Shown: one piece after another, positions 1 through 13,768 of the stretch
Numbering within the stretch: position 1 is the stretch's first letter
Layout of the letters: every line of letters starts with the position of its first letter
NCBI GenBank assembly: GCA_038087875.1
Contig: CM075987.1
Span: forward strand, 17,796,001 to 17,860,000
Source: Malacoraja senta
Lineage: Eukaryota
Reading direction: 5' to 3'
DNA length: 64,000 nucleotides
Made by a program: the position numbers and the translations under genes
The notes under the pieces: model-generated
Seen by the model: the letters and a program-made list of their open reading frames with translations, nothing else
What the model was told of the DNA's origin: nothing
Databases searched by the model: none

Positions 1-3000
1 AGTGCCTTTTTACTTCAACCCAAAACAAACCTAAAACCATTTGCAGTGCCTTTTTACTTCAACCCAAAACACCCAAAACAAACATTTGCAGTGCCTTTAT
101 ACTTCAACCTAAACCCCCCAAACAACCATTTGAAGTGCCTTTTTATTTCAACCCAAACCACTCAAACAACCATTTGCAATGCCTTTTTACTTCAACCCAA
201 ACGCTCAAACAACCATTTGCAGTGCATTTTACTTCAACCCAAAAACCCCGAGCAACCATCTGCAGTGCATTTTCACTTCAACCCAAAACCCCCAAACAAC
301 CATTTGCAGTGCCTTTTTACTTCAACCCAAAAAAACCTCCAAGCAACCATTTGCAGTGCCTTTTTACTTCAACCCAAAACCCCCCCAACAAACATTTCCA
401 GTGCATTTTTACTTCAACCCTAAACCCCCCCAAACAACCATTTGCAGTGCCTTTTTACTTCAACCCAAAAACCCAAAATAACTATTTGCAGTGCGTTTTT
501 ACTTCAACCCAAACCTCCCTAAAAAAACATTTCCAGTGCATTTTCACTTCAACCCAAAACCCCCAAACAACCATTTGCAGTGTCTTTTTACTTCAACCCA
601 AAACCCCCCAAACAGCCATTTGCAGTGCCTTTTTACTTCAACGCAATACCCCCCATACAACCATTTGCAGTGCCTTTTTACTTCAACCCCAAATCCCCCC
701 AAACAACAATTTGCAGTGCCTTTTTACTTCAACCCAAAACCCCCCCCAAACAACCATTTTCAGTGCCTTTTTACTTCAACCCCAAAAAAACCAAACAACC
801 ATTTGCAGTGCCTTTTACTTCAACCCAAACCCCCCCAAACAACCATTTGCAGTGCCTTTTTACTTCAAACCAAAACCCCCCAAACAACCATTTGCAGTGC
901 CTTTTTACTTCAACCCAAAACCCCCCAAACAACAATTTGCAGTGCCTTTTTTACTTCAACCCAAACCCCCCCAAAAAAACATTTCCAGTGCATTTTTACT
1001 TCAACCCTAAACACCCCAAACAACCATTTGCAGTGCCTTTTTACTTCAACCCAAAACCCCCCAAACAACCATTTGCAGTGCCTTTTACTTCAACCCAAAA
1101 ACCCCGAGCAACCATCTGCAGTGCATTTTCACTTCAACCCAAAACCCCCAAACAACCATTTGCAGTGCCTTTTTACTTCAACCCAAAAAACCTCCAAGCA
1201 ACCATTTGCAGTGCCTTTTTACTTCAACCCAAACCCCCCCCCAACAAACATTTCCAGTGCATTTTTACTTCAACCCTAAACCCCCCAAACAACCATTTGC
1301 AGTGCCTTTTTACTTCAACCCAAAAAACCCCAAACAACCATTTGCAGTGCCTTTTTACTTCAACCCAAACCCCCCAAATAACAATTTGCAGTGCCTTTTT
1401 ACTTCAACTTAAAAAACCCCAAACAACCATTTGCAGTGCCTTTTACTTCAACCCAAAACCTCCAAGCAACCATTTGCAGTGCCTTTTTACTTCAACCCAA
1501 ACCCCCCCCAACAACCATTTGCAGTGCCTTTTTACTTCAACCCAAAAACCCCCAAACAACCATTTGCAGTGCCTTTTTACTTCAAACCAAAACCCCCCAA
1601 ACAACCATTTGCAGTGCCTTTTTACTTCAACCCAAAAACCCCAAAAACAACAATTTGCAGTGCCTTTTTACTTCAACCCAAAGCCCCCCCCAAAAAACAT
1701 TTCCAGTGCATTTTTACTTCAACCCTAAACCCCCCAAACAACCATTTGCAGTGCCTTTTTACTTCAACCCAAATCCCCCCAAACAACCATTTGCAGTGCC
1801 TTTATACTTCAACCCAAAAAAAACCCAAACATCCATTTGCAGTGCCTTTTTACTTCATCCCAAACCCCCCAAACAACCATTTGCATTGCCTATTTACTTT
1901 AACCCAAAACCTCCCCAAACAACCATTTGCAGTGCCTTTTTACTTCAACCCAAACCCCCCAAACAACAATTTGCAGTGCCTTTCTACTTCAACCCAAAAA
2001 CCCCAAATAACCATTTGCAGTGCCTTTTTACTTCACCCCAAAACCCCCCAAACAACCATTTGCAGTTCCTTTTTACTTCAACCCCAAAACCCCCAAACAA
2101 CCATTTGCAGTGCCTTTTTACTGCAACCCAAAAAACCCCAAGCAACCATTTGCAATGCCTTTTTACTTCAACCCAAACCCCCCAAATAACTATTTGCAGT
2201 GCCATTTTACTTCAACTTAAAAACCCCAAACTACCATTTGCAGTGCCTTTTACTTCAACCCAAAACCCCCAAGCAACCATCTGCAGTGCATTTTCACTTC
2301 AACCCAAAACCCCCAAGCATCCATCTGCAGTGCCTTTTCACTTCAACCCAAAACACCCCAAACAACCATTTGCAGTGCCTTTTTACTTCAACCCCAAAAC
2401 CCCCAAACAACCATTTGCAGTTCCTTTTTACTTCAACCCCAAAACCCCCAAACAACCATTTGCAGTGCCTTTTTACTTCAAACCAAAAAAATCAAATAAC
2501 CATTTGCAGCGCCTTTTTACTTCAACCCAAAAATCCCAAATAACCATTTGCAGTGCCTTTTTACTTCAACCCAAAACCCCCCAAACAACCATTTGCAGTG
2601 CCTTTTTACTTGAACCCCAAAAAAAAAAAAACATTTGCAGTGCCTTTTTACTTCAAACCAAAACCCCCCAAACAACCATTTGCAGTGCCTTTTTACATCA
2701 ACCCAAAACCCCCCAAACAACAATTTGCAGTGCCTTTCTACTTCAACCCAAACCCCCCCAAACAACCATTTGCAGTGCCTTTTTACTTCAAAGCAAAACC
2801 CCCCAAACAAACATTTGCAGTCCCTTTTTACTTCAACCCAAAACCCCGCAAACAACCATTTGCAGTGCCTTTTTACTTCAACCCCAAACCCCCCAAACAA
2901 ACATTTGCAGTGCCTTTTTACTTCAACCCTAAACCCCCCAAACAACCATTTGCAGTGCCTTTTTACTTCAACCAAAAAACCCCCAAAACAACCATTTGCA

Positions 3001-6000
3001 GTGCCTTTTTACTTCAACCCAAAACCCCACAAACAGCCATTTGCAGGGCCTTTTTACTTCAACCTAAACCCCCAAACAATCATTTGCAGTGCCTTTTTAC
3101 TTCAACCCAAAACCTCCCAAACAACCATTTGCAGTGCCTTTTTACTTCAACCCAAAACCCCCCAAATAACCATTTGCAGTGCCTTTTTACTTCAACCCAA
3201 AAACCACCAAACAACAATTTGCAGTGCCTTTTTATTTCAACCCAAAACCCCCAAGCAACCATCTGCAGTGCATGTTCACTTCAACCCAAAACCCCCAAGC
3301 ATCCATCTGCAGTGCCTTTTCACTTCAACCCAAAACACCCCAAACAACCATTTGCAGTGCATTTTTACTTCAACCCAAAACACCCAAACAACCATTTGCA
3401 GTTCCTTTTTACTTCAACCCCAAAACCCCCCAAACAACCATTTGCTGTGCCTTTTTACTTCAACCCAAAAAACCCTAAATAACCATTTGCAGTGCCTTTT
3501 TACTTCAACCCAAAACCCCCCAAACAACAATTTGCAGTGCCTTTTTACTTCAACCCAAACCTCCCCAAAAAAACATTCCAGTGCATTTTTACTTCAACCC
3601 TAAACCCCCCCAAACAACCATTTTCAGTGCCTTTTTACTTCAACCAAAAAAAAAAAAAACCATTTGCAGTGCCTTTTTACTTCATCCCCAAACCCCCTCA
3701 AACAACCAGTTGCAGTGCTTTTTACTTCAACCCAAAACTCCCCCAAACAACCATTTGCAGTGCCTTTTTTAATTCAACTGAAATCCCCCCAAACAACCAT
3801 TTACAGTGCCTTTTTACTTCAAACCAAAACCCCCAAAACAACAATTTGCAGTGCCTTTTTACTTCAACCCAAACCCCCCAAACAACCATTTGCAGTGCCT
3901 TTTTACTTCAACCCAAACAACCATTTGCAGTGCCTTTTTACTTCAACGCAAAAAACCCCAAACAACCATTTACAGTGCCTTTTTACTTCAACCCCCCAAA
4001 AAAAAAACAATCATTGGCAGTGCCTTTTTACTTCAACCCAAAACAAACCTAAAACCATTTGCAGTGCCTTTTTACTTCAACCCAAAACACCCAAAACAAA
4101 CATTTGCAGTGCCTTTATACTTCAACCTAAACCCCCCAAACAACCATTTGAAGTGCCTTTTTATTTCAACCCAAACCACTCAAACAACCATTTGCAATGC
4201 CTTTTTACTTCAACCCAAAACGCTCAAACAACCATTTGCAGTGCATTTTACTTCAACCCAAAAACCCCGAGCAACCATCTGCAGTGCATTTTCACTTCAA
4301 CCCAAAACCCCAAACAACCATTTGCAGTGCCTTTTTACTTCAACCCAAAAAACCTCCAAGCAACCATTTGCAGTGCCTTTTTACTTCAACCCAAAACCCC
4401 CCCAACAAACATTTCCAGTGCGTTTTTACTTCAACCCAAACCTCCCTAAAAAAACATTTCCAGTGCATTTTCACTTCAACCCAAAACCCCCAAACAACCA
4501 TTTGCAGTGTCTTTTTACTTCAACCCAAAACCCCCCAAACAGCCATTTGCAGTGCCTTTTTACTTCAACGCAATACCCCCCATACAACCATTTGCAGTGC
4601 CTTTTTACTTCAACCCCAAATCCCCCCAAACAACAATTTGCAGTGCCTTTTTACTTCAACCCAAAACCCCCCCCAAACAACCATTTTCAGTGCCTTTTTA
4701 CTTCAACCCCAAAAAAAACCAAACAACCATTTGCAGTGCCTTTTTACTTCAACCCAAAACCCCCCAAACAACCATTTGCAGTGCCTTTTTACTTCAAACC
4801 AAAAACCCCCAAACAACCATTTGCAGTGCCTTTTTACTTCAACCCAAAACCCCCCAAACAACAATTTGCAGTGCCTTTTTTACTTCAACCCAAACCCCCC
4901 CAAAAAAACATTTCCAGTGCATTTTTAACTTCAACCTAAACACCCCAAACAACCATTTGCAGTGCCTTTTTACTTCAACCCAAAACCCCCCCCAAACAAC
5001 CATTTGCAGTGCCTTTTTACTTCAACCCCAAAAAACCCAAAATATCCATTTGCAGTGCCTTTTTACTTCATCCCAAACCCCCCAAACAACCATTTGCATT
5101 GCCTATTTACTTCAACCCGAAACCTCCACAAACAACCATTTGCAGTGCCTTTTTACTTCAACCCAAACCCCCCAAACAACCATTTGCAGTGCCTTTTTAC
5201 TTCAACCCAAAAAAAAACAAATAACCATTTGCAGTGCCTTTTTACTTCAACCCAAAACCCCCACACAACCATTTGCAGTGTCTTTTTACTTCAACCCAAA
5301 ACCCCCCAAACAGCCATTTGCAGTGCCTTTTTACTTCAACCCAAAAAACCCCAAACAACAATTTGCAGTGCCTTTTTACTTCAACCCCAAATCCCCCCAA
5401 ACAACCATTTGCAGTGCCTTTTTACTTCAACCCTAAACCCCCCAAAACAACCATTTGCAGTGCCTTTTTTAATTCAACAAATCCCCGAAACACCCATTTG
5501 CAGTGCCTTTTTACTTCAACCCAAACCCCCCAAAACAACAATTTGTAGTGACTTTTTACTTCAACCCAAACCCCCCAAACAGCCATTTGCAGTGCCTTTT
5601 TACTTCAACCCCAAATCCCCCCAAACAACCATTTGCAGTGCCTTTTTACCTCAACCCCAAACCCTCCAAAACAACCATTTGCAGTGCCTTTTTTAATTCA
5701 ACTCAAATCCCCCCAAACACCCATTTGCAGTGCCTTTTTACTTCAACCACAAAACCCCCAAACAACCATTTGCAGTGCCTTTTTACTTCAACCCAAACCC
5801 CCCAAATAACTATTTGCAGTGCCATTTTACTTCAACTTAAAAACCCCAAACAACCATTTGCAGTGCCTTTTACTTCAACCCAAAACCCCCAAGCAACCAT
5901 CTGCAGTGCATTTTCACTTCAACCCAAAACCCCCAAGCATCCATCTGCAGTGCCTTTTCACTTCAACCCAAAACACCCCAAACAACCATTTGCAGTGCCT

Positions 6001-9000
6001 TTTTACTTCAACCCAAAAAAAACCAAACAACCATTTGCAGTTCCTTTTTACTTCAACCCCAAAACCCCCAAACAACCATTTGCAGTGCCTTTTTACTTCA
6101 AACCAAAAAAAACAAACAACCATTTGCAGTGCCTTTTTACTTCAAACCAAAACCCCCCAAACAACCATTTGCAGTGCCTTTCTACTTCAACCCAAACCCC
6201 CCCAAACAACCATTTGCAGTGCCTTTTTACTTCAACCCAAACCCCCCCAAACAACCATTTGTAGTGCCTTTTTACTTCAAAGCAAAAACCCCCAAACAAA
6301 CATTTGCAGTGCCTTTTTACTTCAACCCAAAACCCCGCAAACAACCATTTGCAGTGCCTTTTTACTTCAACCCCAAACCCCCCAAAGAAACATTTGCAGT
6401 GCCTTTTTACTTCAACCCTAAACCCCCCAAACAACCATTTGCAGTGCCTTTTTACTTCAACCCAAAACCCCCCAAACAACCATTTGCAGTGCCTTTTTAC
6501 TTCAACCCAAACCCCCCCCAAACAAACAATTGCAGTGCCTTTTTACTTCAACCCAAAACCCACAAACAGCCATTTGCAGAGCCTTTTTACTTCAACCTAA
6601 ACCCACAAACAATCATTTGCAGTGCCTTTTTACTTCAACCCAAAACCTCCCAAACAACCATTTGCAGTGCATTTTTACTTCAACCCAAAAAACCCCAAAT
6701 AACCATTTGCAGTGCCTTTTTACTTCAACCCAAAACCCCCCAAACAACAATTTGCAGTGCCTTTTTATTTCAACCCCAAACCCCCAAGCAACCATCTGCA
6801 GTCCATTTTCACTTCAACCCAAAACCCCCAAGCATCCATCTGCAGTGCCTTTTCACTTCAACCCAAAACTCCCCAAAAAAACATTTCCAGTGAATTTTTA
6901 CTTCAACCCTAAACACCCCAAACAACCATTTGCAGTGCCTTTTACTTCAACCCAAAACCTCCAAGCAACCATCTGCAGTGCATTTTCACTTCAACCCAAA
7001 CACCCCCAAATAACCATTTGCAGTGCCTTTTTACTTCAACCCAAAATCCCCAAACAACCATTTGCAGTGTCTTTTTACTTCAACCCAAAACCCCCCAAAC
7101 AGCCATTTGCAGTGCCTTTTTACTTCAACGCAATACCCCCCAAACAACCATTTGCAGTGCCTTCTTACTTCAACCCCAAATCCCCCCAAACAACCATTTG
7201 CAGTGCCTTTTTACTTCAACCCAAAACCCCCCCCAAAACAACCATTTTCAGTGCCTTTTTACTTCAACCCCCAAAAAAACATAACCATTTGCAGTGCCTT
7301 TTTACTTCAACCCCAAACCCCCCAAACAACCAGTTGCAGTGCTTTTTACTTCAACCCAAAACTCCCCCAAACAACCATTGGCAGTGCCTTTTTACTTCAA
7401 ACCAAAACCCCCAAAACAACAATTTGCAGTGACTTTTTACTTCAACCCAAACCCCCCAAACAACCATTTGCAGTGCCTTTTTATTTCAACCCAAAACCCC
7501 CCCAAACAACCATTTGCAGTGCCTTTTTACTTCAACCCAAAACCCCCAAAACAACAATTTGCAGTGACATTTTACTTCAATCCAAAAACCCCCAAACAGC
7601 CATTTGCAGTGCCTTTTTACTTCAACCCAAAAAAAAACAAAAAACATTTGCAGTGCCTTTATACTTCAACCTAAACCCCCCCAAACAACCATTTGAAGTG
7701 CCTTTTTATTTCAACCCAAACCACTCAAACAACCATTTGCAATGCCTTTTTACTTCAACCCAAAACCCTCAAACAACCATTTGCAGTGCCTTTTACTTCA
7801 ACCCAAAAACCCCGAGCAACCATCTGCAGTGCATTTTCAATTCAACCCAAAACCCCAAACAACCATTTGCAGTGCCTTTTTACTTCAACCCTAAAAACCC
7901 CAAACAACCATTTGCAGTGCCTTTTTACTTCAACCCAAACCCCCCAAATAACAATTTGCAGTGCCTTTTTACTTCAACTTAAAACCCCCCAAACAACCAT
8001 TTGCAGTGCCTTTTACTTCAACCCAAAACCCCCAAGCAACCATTTGCAGTGCCTTTTTACTTCAACCAAACTCCCCCAACAACCATTTGCAGTGCCTTTT
8101 TACTTCAACCCATAACCCCCCAAACAACCATTTGCAGTGCCTTTTTACTTCAAACCAAAACCCCCCAAACAACCATTTGCAGTGCCTTTTTACCTCAACC
8201 CAAACCACTCAAACAACCATTTGCAATGCCTTTTTACTTCAACCCAAAACCCTCAAACAACCATTTGCAGTGCCTTTTACTTCAACCCCAAAACCCCGAG
8301 CAACCATCTGCAGTGCATTTTCACTTCAACCCAAAACCCCCAAACAACCATTTGCAGTGCCTTTTTACTTCAACCCAAAAAACACCAAACAACCATTTGC
8401 AGTGCCTTTTTACTTCAACCCAAACCCCCCAAGTAACAATTTGCAGTGCCTTTTTACTTCAACTTAAAACCCCCCAAACGACCATTTGCAGTGCCTTTTA
8501 CTTCAACCCAAAACCCCCAAGCAACCATTTGCAGTGCCTTTTTACTTCAACCAAAACCCCCCCAACAACCATTTGCAGTGCCTTTTTACTTCAACCCATA
8601 ACCCCCAAACAACCATTTGCAGTGCCTTTTTACTTCAAACCAAAACCCCCCAAACAACCATTTGCAGTGCCTTTTTACTTCAACCCAAAACCCCCCAAGC
8701 AACAATTTGCAGTGCCATTTTACTTCAACCCAAACCCCCACAAAAAAACATTTCCAGTGCATTTTTACTTCAACCCTAAACCCGCCCAAACAACCATTTG
8801 CAGTGCCTTTTTACTTCAACCCAAAACCCCCAAACAACCATTTGCAGTGCCTTTTTACTTCAACCCAAAAAAAAACCAAACATCCATTTGTAGTGCCTTT
8901 TTACTTCATCCCAAACCTCCCAAACAACCATTTGCATTCCCTATTTACTTCAACCCAAAACCTCCCCAAACAACCATTTGCAGTGCCTTTTTACTTCAAC

Positions 9001-12000
9001 CCAAACCCCCCAAACAACCATTTGCAGTGCCTTTTTACTTCAACCCAAAAAAAACCAAATAACCATTTGCAGTGCCTTTTTTACTTCAACCCAAAACCCC
9101 CACACAACCATTTGCAGTGTCTTTTTACTTCAACCCAAAAACCTCAAACAGCCATTTGCAGTGCCTTTTTACTTCAACCCAAAAAACCCCAAACAACAAT
9201 TTGCAGTGCCTATTTACTTCAACCCCAAATCCCCCAAACAACCATTTGCAGTGCTTTTTTACATCAACCCAAAACCCCACAAACAACAATTTGCAGTGCC
9301 TTTCTACTTCGACCCAAACCCCCCCAAACAACCATTTGCAGTGCCTTTTTACTTCAACCCAAACCCCCCCAAACAACCATTTGTAGTGCCTTTTTACTTC
9401 AAAGCAAAACCCCCCAAACAAACATTTGCAGTGCCTTTTTACTTCAACCCAAAACCCCGCAAACAACCATTTGCAGTGCCTTTTTACTTCAACCCCAAAC
9501 CCCCCAAACAAACATTTGCAGTGCCTTTTTACTTCAACCCTAAACCCCCCAAACAACCATTTGCAGTGCCTTTTTACTTCAACCCAAAACCCCCCAAACA
9601 ACCATTTGCAGTGCCTTTTTACTTCAACCCAAACCCCCCAAACAAACATTTGCAGTGCCTTTTTACTTCAACCCAAAACCCCACAAACAGCCATTTGCAG
9701 TGCCTTTTTACTTCAACCTAAACCCCCAAACAATCATTTGCAGTGCCCTTTTACTTCAACCCAAAACCTCCCAAACAACCATTTGCAGTGCCTTTTTACT
9801 TCAACCCAAAAAACCCCAAATAACCATTTGCAGTGCCTTTTTACTTCAACCCAAAACCCCCCAAACAACAATTTGCAGTGCCTTTTTACTTCAACCCAAA
9901 ACCCCCAAGCAACCATCTGCAGTGCATTTTCACTTCAACCCAAAACCCCCAAGCATCCATCTGCAGTGCCTTTTCACTTCAACCCAAAACACCCCAAACA
10001 ACCATTTGCAGTGCCTTTTTACTTCAACCCAACCCCCCCCTAACAACCTTGTAGTGCCTTTTTACTTCAAAGCAAAACCCCCCAAACAAACATTTGCAGT
10101 GCCTTTTTACTTCAACCCAAAACCACGCAAACAACCATTTGCAGTGCCTTTTTACTTCAACCCCAAACCCCCCAAACAAACATTTGCAGTGCCTTTTTAC
10201 TTCAACCCTAAACCCCCCAAACAACCATTTGCAGTGCCTTTTTACTTCAACCCAAAACCCCCCAAACAACCATTTGCAGTGCCTTTTTACTTCAACCCAA
10301 ACCCCCCCAAACAAACATTTGCAGTGCCTTTTTACTTCAACCCAAAACCCCACAAACAGCCATTTGCAGTGCCTTTTTACTTCAACCTAACCCCCCAAAC
10401 AATCATTTGCAGTGCCTTTTTACTTCAACCCAAAACCTCCCAAACAACCATTTGCAGTGCCTTTTTACTTCAACCCAAAACCCCCCAAATAACCATTTGC
10501 AGTGCCTTTTTACTTCAACCCAAAACCCCCCAAACAACAATTTGCAGTGCCTTTTTACTTCAACCCAAAACCCCCCAAACAACCATTTGCAGTGCCTTTT
10601 TACTTCAACCCAAAACCCCCAAACAACCATTTGCAGTGCCTTTTTACTTCAACCCAAAACCCCCTAAACAACCATTTGCATTGCCTTTTTACTTCGACCC
10701 AAAAACCCCCAAACAACCATTTGCAGTGCCTTTTTAATTCAACCCAAAACCCCCCAAACAACCATTTGCAGTGCCTTTTTACTTCAACCCAAACCCCCCA
10801 AGCATCCATTTACAGTGCCTTTCTACTTCAACCTAAACCCCCCAAACAACCATTTGAAGTGCCTTTTTATTTCAACCCAAACCCCCCAAACAACCATTTG
10901 CAGTGCATTTTTACTTCAACCCAAAACCCCCCAAACAACCATTTGCAGTGCCTTTTTACTTCAAACCAAAACCCCCCAAACAACCATTTGCAGTGCCTTT
11001 TTACTTCAACCCAAAACCCCCCAAACATCAATTTGCAGTGCCTTTTTACTTCAACCCAAACCCCCACAAAAAAACATTTCCAGTGCATTTTTACTTCAAC
11101 CCTAAACCCCCCAAACAACCATTTGCAGTGCCTTTTTACTTCAACCCAAAACCTCCAAACAACCATTTGCAGTGCCTTTTTACTTCAACCCCAAAAAACC
11201 CCAAACATCCATTTGTAGTGCCTTTTTACTTCATCCCAAACCCCCAAACAACCATTTGCATTGCCTATTTACTTCAACCCAAAACCTCCCCAAACAACCA
11301 TTTGCAGTGCCTTTTTACTTCAACCCAAACCCCCCAAACAACAATTTGCAGTGCCTTTTTACTTCAACCCAAAACCCCCCAAACAACCATTTGCAGTGCC
11401 TTTTTACTTCAACCCAAAACCCCCAAACAACCATTTGCAGTGCCTTTTTGCTTCAACCCAAAACCCCCTAAACAACCATTTGCATTGCCTTTTTACTTCG
11501 ACCCAAAACCACCCAAACAACCATTTGCAGTGCCTTTTTAATTCAACCCAAAACCCCCCAAACAACCATTTGCAGTGCCTTTTTACTTCAACCCAAATCC
11601 CCCAAGCATCCATTTACAGTGCCTTTCTACTTCAACCTAAACCCCCCAAACAACGATTTGAAGTGCCTTTTTATTTCAACCCAAACCCCCCAAACAACCA
11701 TTTGCAGTTCATTTTTACTTCAACCCAAAACCCCCCAAACAACCATTTGCTGTGCCTTTTTACTTCAAACCAAAACACCCCAAACAACCATTTGCAGTGC
11801 CTTTTTACTTCAAACCCAACCCCCCCCTAACAACTTACTTCAAAGCAAAAACCCCCCAAACAAACATTTGCAGTGCCTTTTTACTTCAACCCAAAACCAC
11901 GCAAACAACCATTTGCAGTGCCTTTTTCTTCAAACCCAAACCCCCCAAACAAACATTTGCAGTGCCTTTTTACTTCAACCCTAAACCCCCCAAACAACCA

Positions 12001-13568
12001 TTTGCAGTGCCTTTTTACTTCAACCCAAAACCCCCCAAACAACCATTTGCAGTGCCTTTTTACTTCAACCCAAACCCCCCCAAACAAACATTTGCAGTGC
12101 CTTTTTACTTCAACCCAAAACCCCACAAACAGCCATTTGCAGTGCCTTTTTACTTCAACCTAACCCCCCAAACAATCATTTGCAGTGCCTTTTTACTTCA
12201 ACCCAAAACCTCCCAAACAACCATTTGCAGTGCCTTTTTACTTCAACCCAAAACCCCCCAAATAACCATTTGCAGTGCCTTTTTACTTCAACCCAAAACC
12301 CCCCAAACAACAATTTGCAGTGCCTTTTTACTTCAACCCAAAACCCCCCAAACAACCATTTGCAGTGCCTTTTTACTTCAACCCAAAACCCCCAAACAAC
12401 CATTTGCAGTGCTTTTTACTTCAACCCAAAACCCCCTAAACAACCATTTGCATTGCCTTTTTACTTCGACCCAAAAACCCCCAAACAACCATTTGCAGTG
12501 CCTTTTTAATTCAACCCAAAACCCCCCAAACAACCATTTGCAGTGCCTTTTTACTTCAACCCAAACCCCCCAAGCATCCATTTACAGTGCCTTTCTACTT
12601 CAACCTAAACCCCCCAAACAACCATTTGAAGTGCCTTTTTATTTCAACCCAAACCCCCCAAACAACCATTTGCAGTGCATTTTTACTTCAACCCAAACCC
12701 CCCCAAACAACCATTTGCAGTGCCTTTTTACTTCAAACCAAAACCCCCCAAACAACCATTTGCAGTGCCTTTTTACTTCAACCCAAACCCCCCAAACATC
12801 AATTTGCAGTGCCTTTTTACTTCAACCCAAACCCCCACAAAAAAACATTTCCAGTGCATTTTTACTTCAACCCTAAACCCCCCAAACAACCATTTGCAGT
12901 GCCTTTTTACTTCAACCCAAAACCTCCAAACAACCATTTGCAGTGCCTTTTTACTTCAACCCCAAAAAACCCCAAACATCCATTTGTAGTGCCTTTTTAC
13001 TTCATCCCAAACCCCCCAAACAACCATTTGCATTGCCTATTTACTTCAACCCAAAACCTCCCCAAACAACCATTTGCAGTGCCTTTTTACTTCAACCCAA
13101 ACCCCCCAAACAACCATTTGCAGTGCCTTTTTACTTCAACCCAAAAAACCCCAAATAACCATTTGCAGTGCCTTTTACTTCAACCCAAAACCCCCACACA
13201 ACCATTTGCAGTGCCTTTTTACTTCAACCTAATCCCCCAAACAATCATTTGCAGTGCCTTTTTACTTCAACCCAAAACCTCCCAAACAACCATTTGCAGT
13301 GCCTTTTTACTTCAACCCAAAACCCCCCAAATAACCATTTACAGTGCCTTTTTACTTCAACCCAAAACCCCCCAAACAACAATTTGCAGTGCCTTTTTAC
13401 TTCAACCCAAAACCCCCCAAACAACCATTTGCAGTGCCTTTTTACTTCAACCCAAAACCCCCCAAACAACCATTTGCAGTGCCTTTTTGCTTCAACCCAA
13501 AACCCCCTAAACAACCATTTGCATTGCCTTTTTACTTCGACCCAAAACCACCCAAACAACCATTGGCA
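1..13568 (+). repeat. Tandem satellite, ~45-bp monomer (consensus tttgcagtgcctttttacttcaacccaaaaccccccaaacaacca), roughly 300 copies
   Basis: Monomer visible continuously from base 1 to the gap. The catttgcagtgcctttttacttcaacc block is conserved; the A/C homopolymer tracts vary in length (monomers ~44-47 bp). All ORFs here are 15-aa repeat translations. Confidence 0.98.
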
Positions 13569-13768
13569 NNNNNNNNNNNNNNNNNNNNNNNNNNNNNNNN
13601 NNNNNNNNNNNNNNNNNNNNNNNNNNNNNNNNNNNNNNNNNNNNNNNNNNNNNNNNNNNNNNNNNNNNNNNNNNNNNNNNNNNNNNNNNNNNNNNNNNNN
13701 NNNNNNNNNNNNNNNNNNNNNNNNNNNNNNNNNNNNNNNNNNNNNNNNNNNNNNNNNNNNNNNNNNNN
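13569..13768. other. Assembly gap (200 N)
   Basis: Run of exactly 200 N, probably a fixed-size scaffolding gap. Confidence 0.99.

Noticed and set aside
1..13568. CRISPR-like array (conserved ~27-bp block alternating with variable segments)
   Set aside because: The variable parts are short homologous A/C tracts, not unique spacers; no cas genes; eukaryotic context.
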